IMG/VR virus record: IMGVR_UViG_3300005512_000073
Coordinates: 1-44,975 of that record
Reading direction: 5' to 3' (one strand)
DNA: 44,975 nucleotides
From: a virus
Lineage: Duplodnaviria > Caudoviricetes
Shown piece by piece: positions 1 through 8,603 of the stretch. A program made the position numbers and the translations under genes. Numbering within the stretch: position 1 is the stretch's first letter; every line of letters starts with the position of its first letter. The notes beneath the pieces were generated by a model. That model saw only the letters and a program-made list of their open reading frames with translations, ran no database searches and was not told the DNA's origin.

Positions 1-1124
1 TAGAAGTGAGGGTTGATACCTTGTTCATATTGTTCGATATAAGCCTCATGCCACTCTTGCACTGTGATATGGTCATCTTCAATACCATTTGCTTCAATAA
101 TAACTTCGGTAACTTCCCTTCTCAGATTAGATAACTCAGTCTCGACCTCTTCTGTTCTGATGACAGGATCAAATATCTTTGAGTTGACTGATGTAAACTC
201 TTCTCTCCAAAGGTTTAAGTAGTTATCAGTTCTTCTTGTAGGAATGTCAACGTTGATTGGCTCTGGTTCTAAAGCCTTGGCTGCTCTATTATCAACTTTT
301 CTAATAGTTTGCTCTAATGTTGCAGTTGGACTATCAGAATATTTCGCCAATATCTTGGCTGCTTCACTTATTCTACCTTGGTTCTTAAGTTCTATGATTT
401 TTTTCAAATCAGCTTGATCTACTGTCTTTACAACATCACCTATCTTCGCAACGGAATCTAAAGTTACTTGCGCTGATTGAAAGCTTTGCTCAACAACATT
501 CTCTAATAATGAATCGAAACCAAACGAGATTTTTCCAAGAGCAACGTTTGCCTGAGAAGTGATTGAAGCAACACTGTTATTCAATACATTGGTTAAAGAG
601 TTTGCTGACTTTATAACATCTCCAACGACAGTATCTAAAATACCATCAGTAAAGTTTTCTGTATTAACATTTTTATTTACGATAGACTTTATTTGATCAG
701 GTTTTAGATTTGTTGTTGATTGAATGGCTTCCGCAATAGCCTCAGGGAAAGGTGCAGAAATATTCACATCAAGAAAACCGTTCTTTGAAAGAGCAGCGTT
801 TCCAGTGATAGATGCTAGGTCAGACTCATCACCCCCAACGACTTTCACCAACTCTGACTTAGCAGCAGACTTATCTAGTTGAACCACGCCTAATACATAA
901 GATGCTTGGGATGGTACGGAACCTTCAACTTGACTCACAACATCAGTCAAGCCACTTGTTACGGTCTTAAAACCATTTGCTACTGCACCCCCTGCAACAT
1001 ACTTAAAACTATTTGCAGCTAGATCAGCTTCACGTAGTTCGGCGGCTTTTCTTTCTGCGTCAGGTATATTTAAAAGATTTTTTACGCCAAACAATGCCCC
1101 TTGGATAATATCTTTATTACTCAT
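1..1124 (-). CDS. Partial baseplate-associated protein with a possible (degenerate) amidase-like domain; runs off the window
   Basis: Not in the ORF track. ATG at 1124 opens MSNKDIIQGALFG...RREVTEVIIEANG...GINPHF, open to the window edge. The last part resembles the start of an Amidase_2 fold but lacks the first Zn-ligand His. Confidence 0.6.
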   Translation of the reverse strand, partial: MSNKDIIQGALFGVKNLLNIPDAERKAAELREADLAANSFKYVAGGAVANGFKTVTSGLTDVVSQVEGSVPSQASYVLGVVQLDKSAAKSELVKVVGGDESDLASITGNAALSKNGFLDVNISAPFPEAIAEAIQSTTNLKPDQIKSIVNKNVNTENFTDGILDTVVGDVIKSANSLTNVLNNSVASITSQANVALGKISFGFDSLLENVVEQSFQSAQVTLDSVAKIGDVVKTVDQADLKKIIELKNQGRISEAAKILAKYSDSPTATLEQTIRKVDNRAAKALEPEPINVDIPTRRTDNYLNLWREEFTSVNSKIFDPVIRTEEVETELSNLRREVTEVIIEANGIEDDHITVQEWHEAYIEQYEQGINPHF

Positions 1125-1125
1125 G

Positions 1126-1310
1126 TCAACCCGCCCTTGCAGAAATATAGTTGTTTTCAGCAGACGCAATCAAAGATGCTTTGTAATCCTCAAATGCTTG
1201 TCGTGCTGCACCTGGTCTTGATCTTTTCTTATAAACATATTTTGCTGGATCAGTCTTTTCAAACACGTCAAAGAAATACCACGTAGAGTTCTTATCGTCC
1301 TTTGCATCAC
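1126..1310 (-). pseudogene. Orphan 3' gene fragment, possibly the C-terminus of a gp5-like/tail lysozyme protein
   Basis: Frame reads DAKDDKNSTWYFFDVFEK...ARQAFEDY...SARAG* with TGA at 1126-1128, 1 nt from the next ATG. It has no start codon of its own. Confidence 0.45.
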
Positions 1311-1910
1311 AGAAGAATAAAAGAAAAAAGGCATGCCTGATGGTGTAGACATCTTTCGTAGAACAGTTCGGATAGCAGAGAACGCAGATTGATAAGGAAC
1401 AATATAACGAAATGCTTCTTGAGTTGATGCGACTTCGCTTTCGATTACGAGTTCACGTGATAGTTTATCGCTAACAATATTCTTGATGATCTCTTCACCA
1501 GTTCCAGTATATGCTTTACTAAACCTATTGATATCATTATAATACTTGATATCTTCGATCAAAGATACCACTAGAACAGATGCATAGTCATTATACTTAA
1601 TGCTCTCAATAACTTCATTTATAATAAATCTAACTGTTATAAGATCACCAGATTGATCAGGAGACTCAAAGTTAATGATAACCCTTTCTGTACCTGATAT
1701 ATCTGCAAGTCTATAAATGTCCTGATCATCTTGAAGAATGATATCGCCTGTCAAGAATGCCTTGGACAAGTCTTCGTAGATGTTAGCCTCAATAACAATA
1801 CCAGACCCTGCACCTAAGTTAGAGACATATAGTGGTTCACTGAATCTTTCAGACTCAATGGATATACTAATAATTCTTAACTGTTCAGCTGATACTAAGG
1901 GTGTCGCCAT
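1170..1910 (-). CDS. Baseplate hub protein (gp27-like), apparently C-terminally truncated
   Basis: NIYEDL..FLTGDI..D, GTE, FSKAYTG, YIVP and GMPFFFY motifs of T4-like hub proteins. The sequence stops looking like this family after FFFYSSV. Confidence 0.6.
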   Translation of the reverse strand: MATPLVSAEQLRIISISIESERFSEPLYVSNLGAGSGIVIEANIYEDLSKAFLTGDIILQDDQDIYRLADISGTERVIINFESPDQSGDLITVRFIINEVIESIKYNDYASVLVVSLIEDIKYYNDINRFSKAYTGTGEEIIKNIVSDKLSRELVIESEVASTQEAFRYIVPYQSAFSAIRTVLRKMSTPSGMPFFFYSSVMQRTIRTLRGISLTCLKRLIQQNMFIRKDQDQVQHDKHLRITKHL

Positions 1911-1911
1911 A

Positions 1912-2973
1912 TTAGTTTCTCAAAAGTTTTTGGAACTCAGCGTTGACTTGACTTGCAACGTTAGGTCTGAAGATTTTAATATTACGTAAATCCTCATTCA
2001 CGTTTATTAGATTTTCTAGATTGGACACAGCAGTAAAGGGAACGACACCATCTCTATTCTCAACACCACCATTGCTTGAAATGATTAGATCAGTGAAGTT
2101 ACCATCTGCGTCATTATAGTGATGGGCAGCGTTATATTGTAGCACTGAGTTAGTTGTAATCAAAGAGCGTACAAGGTCATCGTCCCATAATAATGGATTT
2201 GGTTGATTTGCTTGAGTATATATCGTCGTGTTTCTTGGGAGCGAGAAACCAGATATTTGTGCAGTAGCTGTAGCCTGTGTTCCGTTTGGTCTATTTGGTT
2301 CTGATATCACGACCTCAGGTATACGTGTGTATCCTTCACCACCAGTTAGAATAGCAATACTCTGAATAGTCTCAGAGGTTTCAACTTCATTATCAGCGTT
2401 TAAGAAAGTCATAACCGCTTGTGCAGTCGCACCTGTGCCACCACCACCTTTGATCGTAACGGTAGGTGGGCTTGTGTAACCTGAGCCTGCTTCTGTAAGC
2501 GTGATTGATTTAACATCAATGATTGGTTCTACGACGATTTGTCCAAGATCATAACTCTTGTCTAAGATTTTTGCCTTGTATTGTGTTCCAAACTCATCAA
2601 GATTATTTCTATCAGCGATAATATCTCCAATATAAAACTCACCCCACATAGGGGCAGTTGTCTTAATCACTCTGTTAGGATAAATCTTTTTCGCCCAATC
2701 GTATACTTCACTTGAGTTGAGAGGCCAGCCCTGTAATCTCAACTTCGTGTTGAGTAGATAAAAGGTCCAATACAAATCTGTTGTACCATATAACTCATAC
2801 GACAATACATCAGGTCTTGTATTATCTTTAATATAATACTTTTCATAGAAAGATACGTCATCTGCAACCTGATCAATCAAGTCGATATAAGTCGTCAAGT
2901 TTTGAAAGATGGTGTTACTAGTTTCGTTACCAAACTTGTAATCAATAAGTGGGAAGTTTCTAAAAAATGACAT
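1912..2973 (-). CDS. 53: Baseplate wedge subunit gp53 with internal GSGY-type repeat insertion
   Basis: MSFFRNFPLIDY, RPDVLSYELYG..LYW..LLN..WP, HHY and NE.LR.IKI motifs. Start reassigned to ATG 2973. Confidence 0.85.
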   Translation of the reverse strand: MSFFRNFPLIDYKFGNETSNTIFQNLTTYIDLIDQVADDVSFYEKYYIKDNTRPDVLSYELYGTTDLYWTFYLLNTKLRLQGWPLNSSEVYDWAKKIYPNRVIKTTAPMWGEFYIGDIIADRNNLDEFGTQYKAKILDKSYDLGQIVVEPIIDVKSITLTEAGSGYTSPPTVTIKGGGGTGATAQAVMTFLNADNEVETSETIQSIAILTGGEGYTRIPEVVISEPNRPNGTQATATAQISGFSLPRNTTIYTQANQPNPLLWDDDLVRSLITTNSVLQYNAAHHYNDADGNFTDLIISSNGGVENRDGVVPFTAVSNLENLINVNEDLRNIKIFRPNVASQVNAEFQKLLRN

Positions 2974-2974
2974 A

Positions 2975-3949
2975 TTATCTTGCCCCTGTGCCAATCACTG
3001 ATGGTAATACGTAGTCTGATTCAACTTCATTTATAATATCTCTCTTAGTCAATGCTCTTTCTTCAATAAACGATAGAGACAAATCAGTTTCTTGAAAGCT
3101 ACCGTCTTTGTGAAATGACATGCCTGTTGAGTTGTATACCACATCCACGTTTGCCAAAAACGATGGTAAGATTTTCGTGGCAACTTTTTTACTATCATAA
3201 AACATTTTTATCTTGAACTTATTCGGAAAACGTAGGGCTGCGTTCAATGCATCGTTAGACGTGTCTGGATACATCTCTTCTCTGAAGAACTGTACAATGT
3301 CTTTGATTTCTCTTGCCTCTTCTGGTGAAGTTGGAATCATTTTAAATGTAAATCTAAACTGACGTACACCAATACCACGTAGTGTTGATCTTCTGTTAGG
3401 GTTCAATGCAATACCAGTACCTGTTTCGATAGCACCCTGAACCTCTGGACTTAGTTTACTTGTCAGACGCAATGCAGCGACTTGTGCTGCCTCTGATCTC
3501 AAACCAAAGTTAAATGCTTCTTGAATAGATGTAAAGTCTGGTAATAGATTTGATGTGGCTGCACCTAATACGGAGCGTCCACTCTGACCCGCTTGAATAG
3601 CGTTGAATGCACCTTGTCCAATAATACCCAAGTCCACATTAGTATATTCAACATTATCTTGAAACTGTAAAGCCCCAGGCAAATACAATGTTGCCTTTCG
3701 TCTTTTGTCAAATCTTGGTGGCAACGGTCCTCTTTGGGTCTTTTGTGTCCCATACAAAGATTTCTTTACAGTAGGATCATCAGTAGAACCAGTTCCCACA
3801 GGGTCAACACCGCCTGTTCTAGATTCAATAAGACCATTGAAAACGGTTTCAGGTAGAGTTTTATAGTTTTCTTGCACGGTTTCAAAGGTTATCCTACCTT
3901 TGTATCCATCATCCTCTAAAGGAAACTTAAAGTTTCTGTTGAGTGTCAT
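2975..3949 (-). CDS. 48: Baseplate tail-tube cap gp48
   Basis: LYLP, NPN...R.F.FTFKMIP.S.EEA..I..I..FF and F.E...LT motifs; synteny with 53. Confidence 0.85.
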   Translation of the reverse strand: MTLNRNFKFPLEDDGYKGRITFETVQENYKTLPETVFNGLIESRTGGVDPVGTGSTDDPTVKKSLYGTQKTQRGPLPPRFDKRRKATLYLPGALQFQDNVEYTNVDLGIIGQGAFNAIQAGQSGRSVLGAATSNLLPDFTSIQEAFNFGLRSEAAQVAALRLTSKLSPEVQGAIETGTGIALNPNRRSTLRGIGVRQFRFTFKMIPTSPEEAREIKDIVQFFREEMYPDTSNDALNAALRFPNKFKIKMFYDSKKVATKILPSFLANVDVVYNSTGMSFHKDGSFQETDLSLSFIEERALTKRDIINEVESDYVLPSVIGTGAR

Positions 3950-3961
3950 TACATCTTTTCC

Positions 3962-3993
3962 TAATAAATACAAAAAAGTTTCTATTATTTATA
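3962..3993. promoter_or_regulatory. Back-to-back overlapping T4 late promoters
   Basis: TATAAATA on - at 3986-3993 (toward gp48) and variant AATAAATA on + at 3963-3970 (toward gp4). Confidence 0.7.
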
Positions 3994-4001
3994 AGGTAAT
4001 C

Positions 4002-4493
4002 ATGGCATACTCAGGCAGGTATAAAGTTAAAAATAAGTCTAAGTACAAAGGTGATGCAGACAATGTTATTTTTCGATCACTTTGGGAACGTAATGCATTC
4101 AAATGGTGTGATGAACAAAAGATTGTAAAGGAATGGGTTTCTGAGGAAGTTGTCATTCCTTATCTGTATGAGGTTGATAAAAAGTACCATAGATACTTTA
4201 TGGATTTAAAAATCACATATACAAGTGGTAAGACTGTTCTTGTTGAAATAAAACCTGAGAAAGAAACAAAGCCTCCTGCATTCCATGGTAGAAAATCTAA
4301 ACGTTATATCAATGAAGGTATGACATATGTTAAGAATATGAACAAATGGAGTGCTGCTCAAGAATACGCTGCGGATCGTGGATGGGGATTTGAAATATGG
4401 ACAGAGAATAAACTATCAGCTATGGGTATACTTCCTAAGCCTAAGAAAAAGATTAAGCCTCTAAAACCATTACCTAAACCTAAGAAAAAGTAG
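4002..4493 (+). CDS. 4: Head completion nuclease gp4 (TnsA-like)
   Basis: MAYSG.Y...N..KYKGD, RSLWE, W.SEE..IPY, HRYF.D, EIKP and N..KW motifs. SD AAGG precedes ATG 4002. Confidence 0.92.
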   Translation: MAYSGRYKVKNKSKYKGDADNVIFRSLWERNAFKWCDEQKIVKEWVSEEVVIPYLYEVDKKYHRYFMDLKITYTSGKTVLVEIKPEKETKPPAFHGRKSKRYINEGMTYVKNMNKWSAAQEYAADRGWGFEIWTENKLSAMGILPKPKKKIKPLKPLPKPKKK

Positions 4494-4553
4494 TATACTC
4501 ACCCACCTCAAAAACCTCTATTTAATTATATACTATTTTATCGATTCGTCAAC
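4494..4553 (-). repeat. 60-bp promoter + G-rich element, copy 1
   Basis: TTGACG-16-TATAAT followed by TTTTGAGGTGGGTGAGTATA; near-identical to 37129-37189. Confidence 0.85.
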
Positions 4554-4565
4554 CCCAAAAATCAA

Positions 4566-4573
4566 TATAAATA
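4566..4573 (+). promoter_or_regulatory. T4 late promoter
   Basis: TATAAATA 5 nt before the gp2 ATG. Confidence 0.8.
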
Positions 4574-4578
4574 ATAGC

Positions 4579-5163
4579 ATGTCAAACTTATTTAAAAACT
4601 TAGAAATCGAAGCATTTAGAGCAGGTATTACTCCCAGAACACAAGAGTCTAGGGAGTGGTTTCGTAAACGCTTAACTCGTATTCGTAGAGTAAATCGCAA
4701 TGACATCATGAGGGATGACTCATTAAAGCTTACCAATAGGCAGCTCATTGGCTCTATGCAGATGTTTTTCTACGATCCAAAGCATAAAGAGACTTTACCA
4801 TACTACGATGCGTTTCCGTTAGTTATTGTTATTGGTCCAGCCGAAGGGGGCTTTCTAGGATTGAACTTGCATTATCTTCCCCCATTACTAAGAGCAAAGT
4901 TTCTAGATGCCTTGATGGACGTGACAACCAACACTAAGTACAATGAAAGTACAAAGTTTGATGTTACATATGACTTACTTAAGAGAACAGCCAAGTTCAA
5001 ACACTTCAAGCCTTGTGTTAAACATTACTTGAACAAACAAGTGAGAAGTAGATTTGCAAGAATACCTGCACCTGAGTGGGAGATCGCTACATTTCTACCG
5101 ACTGCATCATGGCAGAAAGCAAGTGGTTCTCAAGTATACAAAGATTCTAGAAGGATGATTTAA
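4579..5163 (+). CDS. 2: DNA end protector gp2
   Basis: YDPKHKETLPYYDAFPL, GLNLHYLP, PCVKHYL and W....FLP motifs. Confidence 0.93.
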   Translation: MSNLFKNLEIEAFRAGITPRTQESREWFRKRLTRIRRVNRNDIMRDDSLKLTNRQLIGSMQMFFYDPKHKETLPYYDAFPLVIVIGPAEGGFLGLNLHYLPPLLRAKFLDALMDVTTNTKYNESTKFDVTYDLLKRTAKFKHFKPCVKHYLNKQVRSRFARIPAPEWEIATFLPTASWQKASGSQVYKDSRRMI

Positions 5164-5882
5164 TGTCTAGTATTGATACAATGAAAAGTCTTATCTCTAG
5201 AAAAGATGGTATAGCACGTCCAAATGTTTTCAGAGTAAAGCTACCTTCGCTTCCAGGTGCTACAAGTGAAGAAGTCAATCTACTTTGCAAAGACGTTGTA
5301 ATGCCAGGGAGACAAGTTCTAACCAATGAACGTAGGATTGGTATGAGAACTCAAAAGGTTCCTTATGGCTATGGTGTAAGTGTCGTTTCGGTGACGTTTC
5401 ATGTTTTAAATGACTATGGTATCAGAAAATACTTTGAGGTGTGGCAAAACCTTGCAGTGAACCAATCAGACCATTCTGTGGGCTATCTCAGAGGCAAAGA
5501 AGGATATGGTAAGCAGGTTGTCATCGAACAACTTAAGAAGGGCATTGGTTTACCAGTGTATCAAACTCCACTTGGTATTCCTAAGTTACCTTCAGAAATA
5601 CAAAACAGATTACCCAAGTTTGGTCCAATCGACTTGGCTCAGGGTCAACTTGATCTTAACTATGTGACTAATGATGATGTGATTTATTCATGTACACTCA
5701 TAGACGCATTCCCAACAACAATGAATGATATTCAACTAAATAACGAACTTGATGGTGTTGTCGAACTGAATGTGCAACTCTCATATACAAACTGGTATGC
5801 TAATGAAGTAGAGTTAGCCAGTACGACTGAGAAGTTTATTCAAACTCAAATCGGAACAGCATTAGGGAGAATATTTAACTAA
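5163..5882 (+). CDS. 54: Baseplate tail-tube initiator gp54-like
   Basis: GIARPN.F.V, LC....PG, PYG, F..W, L.DAFP and V..SY..W motifs of the gp19/gp54 fold. Confidence 0.75.
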   Translation: MSSIDTMKSLISRKDGIARPNVFRVKLPSLPGATSEEVNLLCKDVVMPGRQVLTNERRIGMRTQKVPYGYGVSVVSVTFHVLNDYGIRKYFEVWQNLAVNQSDHSVGYLRGKEGYGKQVVIEQLKKGIGLPVYQTPLGIPKLPSEIQNRLPKFGPIDLAQGQLDLNYVTNDDVIYSCTLIDAFPTTMNDIQLNNELDGVVELNVQLSYTNWYANEVELASTTEKFIQTQIGTALGRIFN

Positions 5883-5895
5883 AGGATGAAATGAA

Positions 5896-6603
5896 ATGGC
5901 GTTACCAAAGCTAAATGATAAACCAAAGTATGATCTTGTAATACCATCTACACAACAGAATGTGCGGTTTAGACCATATCTAGTGAAAGAAGAAAAGGTT
6001 TTGATGCTTGCTCTTGAAAGTCAAGATCAAACGCAAATCTTCCAAGCTATCGCTGATACTATCGTTGCATGTGTGGATGAACCTATTGATAAAAAAACGC
6101 TGACAAGTTTTGATATTGAATATATGTTTGTTAACATTAGATCAAAATCTGTCGGTGAGAATATTAAACTGACACCTCAGTGTACACAATGCGAAACTGA
6201 AAATGAAATCTCTGTGGTTTTGGATGATATCAAAGCTGACATGCCTGATGTAGATTCTGTTATTGTATTGAACGATGATATTAGTATTAAGATGAAGTAT
6301 CCATCATACATGGACCTTGTTGGTGGGGATATCTTTATGAGCGAGTCTACAACAGAACAAACATTTAATATGATTTCAAAATGTATTGAATCGGTGTTGA
6401 CAGATGATGAGATTATTTCGTTTAAAGATGAAACTCCACAAGATCAAATGGATTTCATTGAATCTCTGTCTACATCACAGTTTGATGATATTCGAGTGTT
6501 CATCGAAGCTATGCCACAGGTAAGCTATGATGCGTCATTCGAATGCACAAGTTGTAATGCTAATAATGAGTTGAAGTTGAGAGGAATGAACGATTTTTTT
6601 TAG
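5896..6603 (+). CDS. 26: Baseplate hub assembly protein gp26
   Basis: MALPK, FRPYLVKEEK, FDIEY.F..IRSKSVGE, two CxxC pairs, ends G..DFF. Confidence 0.9.
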   Translation: MALPKLNDKPKYDLVIPSTQQNVRFRPYLVKEEKVLMLALESQDQTQIFQAIADTIVACVDEPIDKKTLTSFDIEYMFVNIRSKSVGENIKLTPQCTQCETENEISVVLDDIKADMPDVDSVIVLNDDISIKMKYPSYMDLVGGDIFMSESTTEQTFNMISKCIESVLTDDEIISFKDETPQDQMDFIESLSTSQFDDIRVFIEAMPQVSYDASFECTSCNANNELKLRGMNDFF

Positions 6604-6794
6604 TATCTCTTTCTCATGATAACTTGGTTAACTATTATAATGTGAACTTTCAACTGATACAGAACCATCATTATTCTCTTGATGAAATAGAAAGTATGAT
6701 ACCTTGGGAAAGAGAAATATACTTACAAATGCTTGTTGATCAAATCAAAGAACAGCAAGCGGAGGCTGAAAGGCAAAGGATGAAAAATGGCTGA
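6600..6794 (+). CDS. 51: gp51-like hub assembly protein, probably the -1 frameshift extension of gp26
   Basis: Missing from the ORF track. LVSLSHDNLVNYYNVNFQLIQNHHYSLDEIESMIPWEREIY... has no ATG before the conserved part and begins at a run of 8 T. Confidence 0.8.
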   Translation, partial: LVSLSHDNLVNYYNVNFQLIQNHHYSLDEIESMIPWEREIYLQMLVDQIKEQQAEAERQRMKNG

Positions 6795-8574
6795 TTTTAA
6801 AGACGTGGTAAAAGCGTTAGCTGAAAACAATAAGAAGCAAGATCAAACAACTGATTCAGTTGACAAACTTCGCTATGTTTTTGAAGAGCATTTTAAGTTC
6901 TTAAAGCGACAAATCAAAGACCAAGAAGAAGCTGCATCTGAGGCAAAAAAAGTACAGAGAGAAACTAGAAGTTCTCCTGGCGCAGCATCTAAACAAGGAC
7001 CGAATAATCTAGGTCTGAATCTTGGTATGCTACTATCAAAAGGTGGCGCATTTGCAGGTTTTACAGCACTTGTGGGTGCATTGGAAGGACTAAGAGGATG
7101 GGAACTAGGATACATTAAAAAGCTAAGAAGTCTGCCATCAAGTATAATAGGGGTAATATCTAAGGGTATGGATAATGTACGTTTAAGTGTTCTTAGACGT
7201 ATTTTTGGTATTGGGCCTGAAGGTAAAGTTATAGACTATCTAAACACAAAAGGTGAAAAAATAGGAACACAAACCATTACTGTAACACAGGCAGTAGAGG
7301 ATGCTCTACAGAGTCTTAGAACAAAGTTCTTAAATGTATTTGGTATTGGTGCTGATGGTAAACTAATAACTATACGGGATGCGGAAGGTAACTTTAAGAA
7401 AAACATTATTGGTAGAGTTACGTTTCAGATTGGTAGATTGTTAAGACCTTTGGTGCGTATCTCTGAAGGTGTTGCGAAGTTTGCCACAGGAACAGGCAAA
7501 GCTATTTTTGAGTTCATGCGACCATTTATGACAGGTGCAAGTAAGTTTGCTTCGTTATTCGGTAAGATACTTTGGCCTATCGGTGTAGTCATGTCTATAT
7601 TTGATGGTGTTAATGCGTATCAGACAAAAGAGGGGGACACATATGACAAGTTTGCGGCAGGTATCTCTGGTGCACTAGGCGACTTTCTTGGTGCTCCAGC
7701 TAACCTATTAAAAAGTCTTTTGAGTTGGGCATTTAAAGAGATAGGATGGGACTCTGCTGCGGAAACATTAGACAATGTTGATATTGAAAAAGGACTGAAA
7801 GATATGTTTGAGACTATTCTAGGCATTCCTAAAAAGCTATTTAACTGGGTAGGTACATTGTTTAGTGATCCTGCAGAGGCAGGTAAACAGGCATGGAACA
7901 CATTTTTAACTGGATTAGGGTTTGGTGTAGAGGGTCTTGACACACTTACTGATGTTATGATGATTATTCCAAACAAAATATTCAACTGGCTTGGAAGTTT
8001 TTTAGGATGGACAGACCCTGAGAACCCAATCGATATTAAACAAAAAGTTATTGATTGGACTATGGACTTCTTTACTTATTTGTCAAGTTGGCTTCCAAAC
8101 ATCTCTGAGATTGGACAACAAATCAAAGATAGTGTTGTTGGTGTATTACCTGATTGGCTAAAAGATTATTTGATTGGATCGGGTACAGTTGATGAAGCTG
8201 CAAGAAAACTTCAGATTGCAGAATATGAAAGAATACTTAAGACCATCGACAAAGACAATAATAACATAATAACAAGTGAAGAACTCAAAGGTGCTGAAGG
8301 ATATGGTCCAAGATTAGATTTAAGTAATGCTATCATGGGACTAAAAGAACTTAGAGGTGAAGAGATACCAACATATGGGGCAATGCAACAAGGCGGTCAA
8401 AGTATCACCATCAATAATGTTGATAACTCTGTAAAAACCCAAAGCGGTCCACCAGCTGGATCATCTGATAAGAAGTATCTACAAGGTTCTGGTATGTCAT
8501 CAGTTGATCTTAGATATGAAAAGAAATATATGTCTATGCGTGGCTTTGGCGTAGCTATAGGACAAGTGCATTAA
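6787..8574 (+). CDS. Tape measure / tail length determinant (gp29-like)
   Basis: 595 aa, N-terminal coiled coil, Gly/Ala/Trp/Phe amphipathic repeats, located after gp26/gp51. Confidence 0.7.
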   Translation: MADFKDVVKALAENNKKQDQTTDSVDKLRYVFEEHFKFLKRQIKDQEEAASEAKKVQRETRSSPGAASKQGPNNLGLNLGMLLSKGGAFAGFTALVGALEGLRGWELGYIKKLRSLPSSIIGVISKGMDNVRLSVLRRIFGIGPEGKVIDYLNTKGEKIGTQTITVTQAVEDALQSLRTKFLNVFGIGADGKLITIRDAEGNFKKNIIGRVTFQIGRLLRPLVRISEGVAKFATGTGKAIFEFMRPFMTGASKFASLFGKILWPIGVVMSIFDGVNAYQTKEGDTYDKFAAGISGALGDFLGAPANLLKSLLSWAFKEIGWDSAAETLDNVDIEKGLKDMFETILGIPKKLFNWVGTLFSDPAEAGKQAWNTFLTGLGFGVEGLDTLTDVMMIIPNKIFNWLGSFLGWTDPENPIDIKQKVIDWTMDFFTYLSSWLPNISEIGQQIKDSVVGVLPDWLKDYLIGSGTVDEAARKLQIAEYERILKTIDKDNNNIITSEELKGAEGYGPRLDLSNAIMGLKELRGEEIPTYGAMQQGGQSITINNVDNSVKTQSGPPAGSSDKKYLQGSGMSSVDLRYEKKYMSMRGFGVAIGQVH

Positions 8575-8603
8575 AAAAGGCTCCCGAAGGAGCCTCTTTC
8601 TTT
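8573..8603. terminator. Bidirectional intrinsic terminator with cUUCGg loop
   Basis: AGGCTCC-TTCG-GGAGCCT-TTTTT on -, T-rich tail on +, between convergent genes. Confidence 0.9.
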
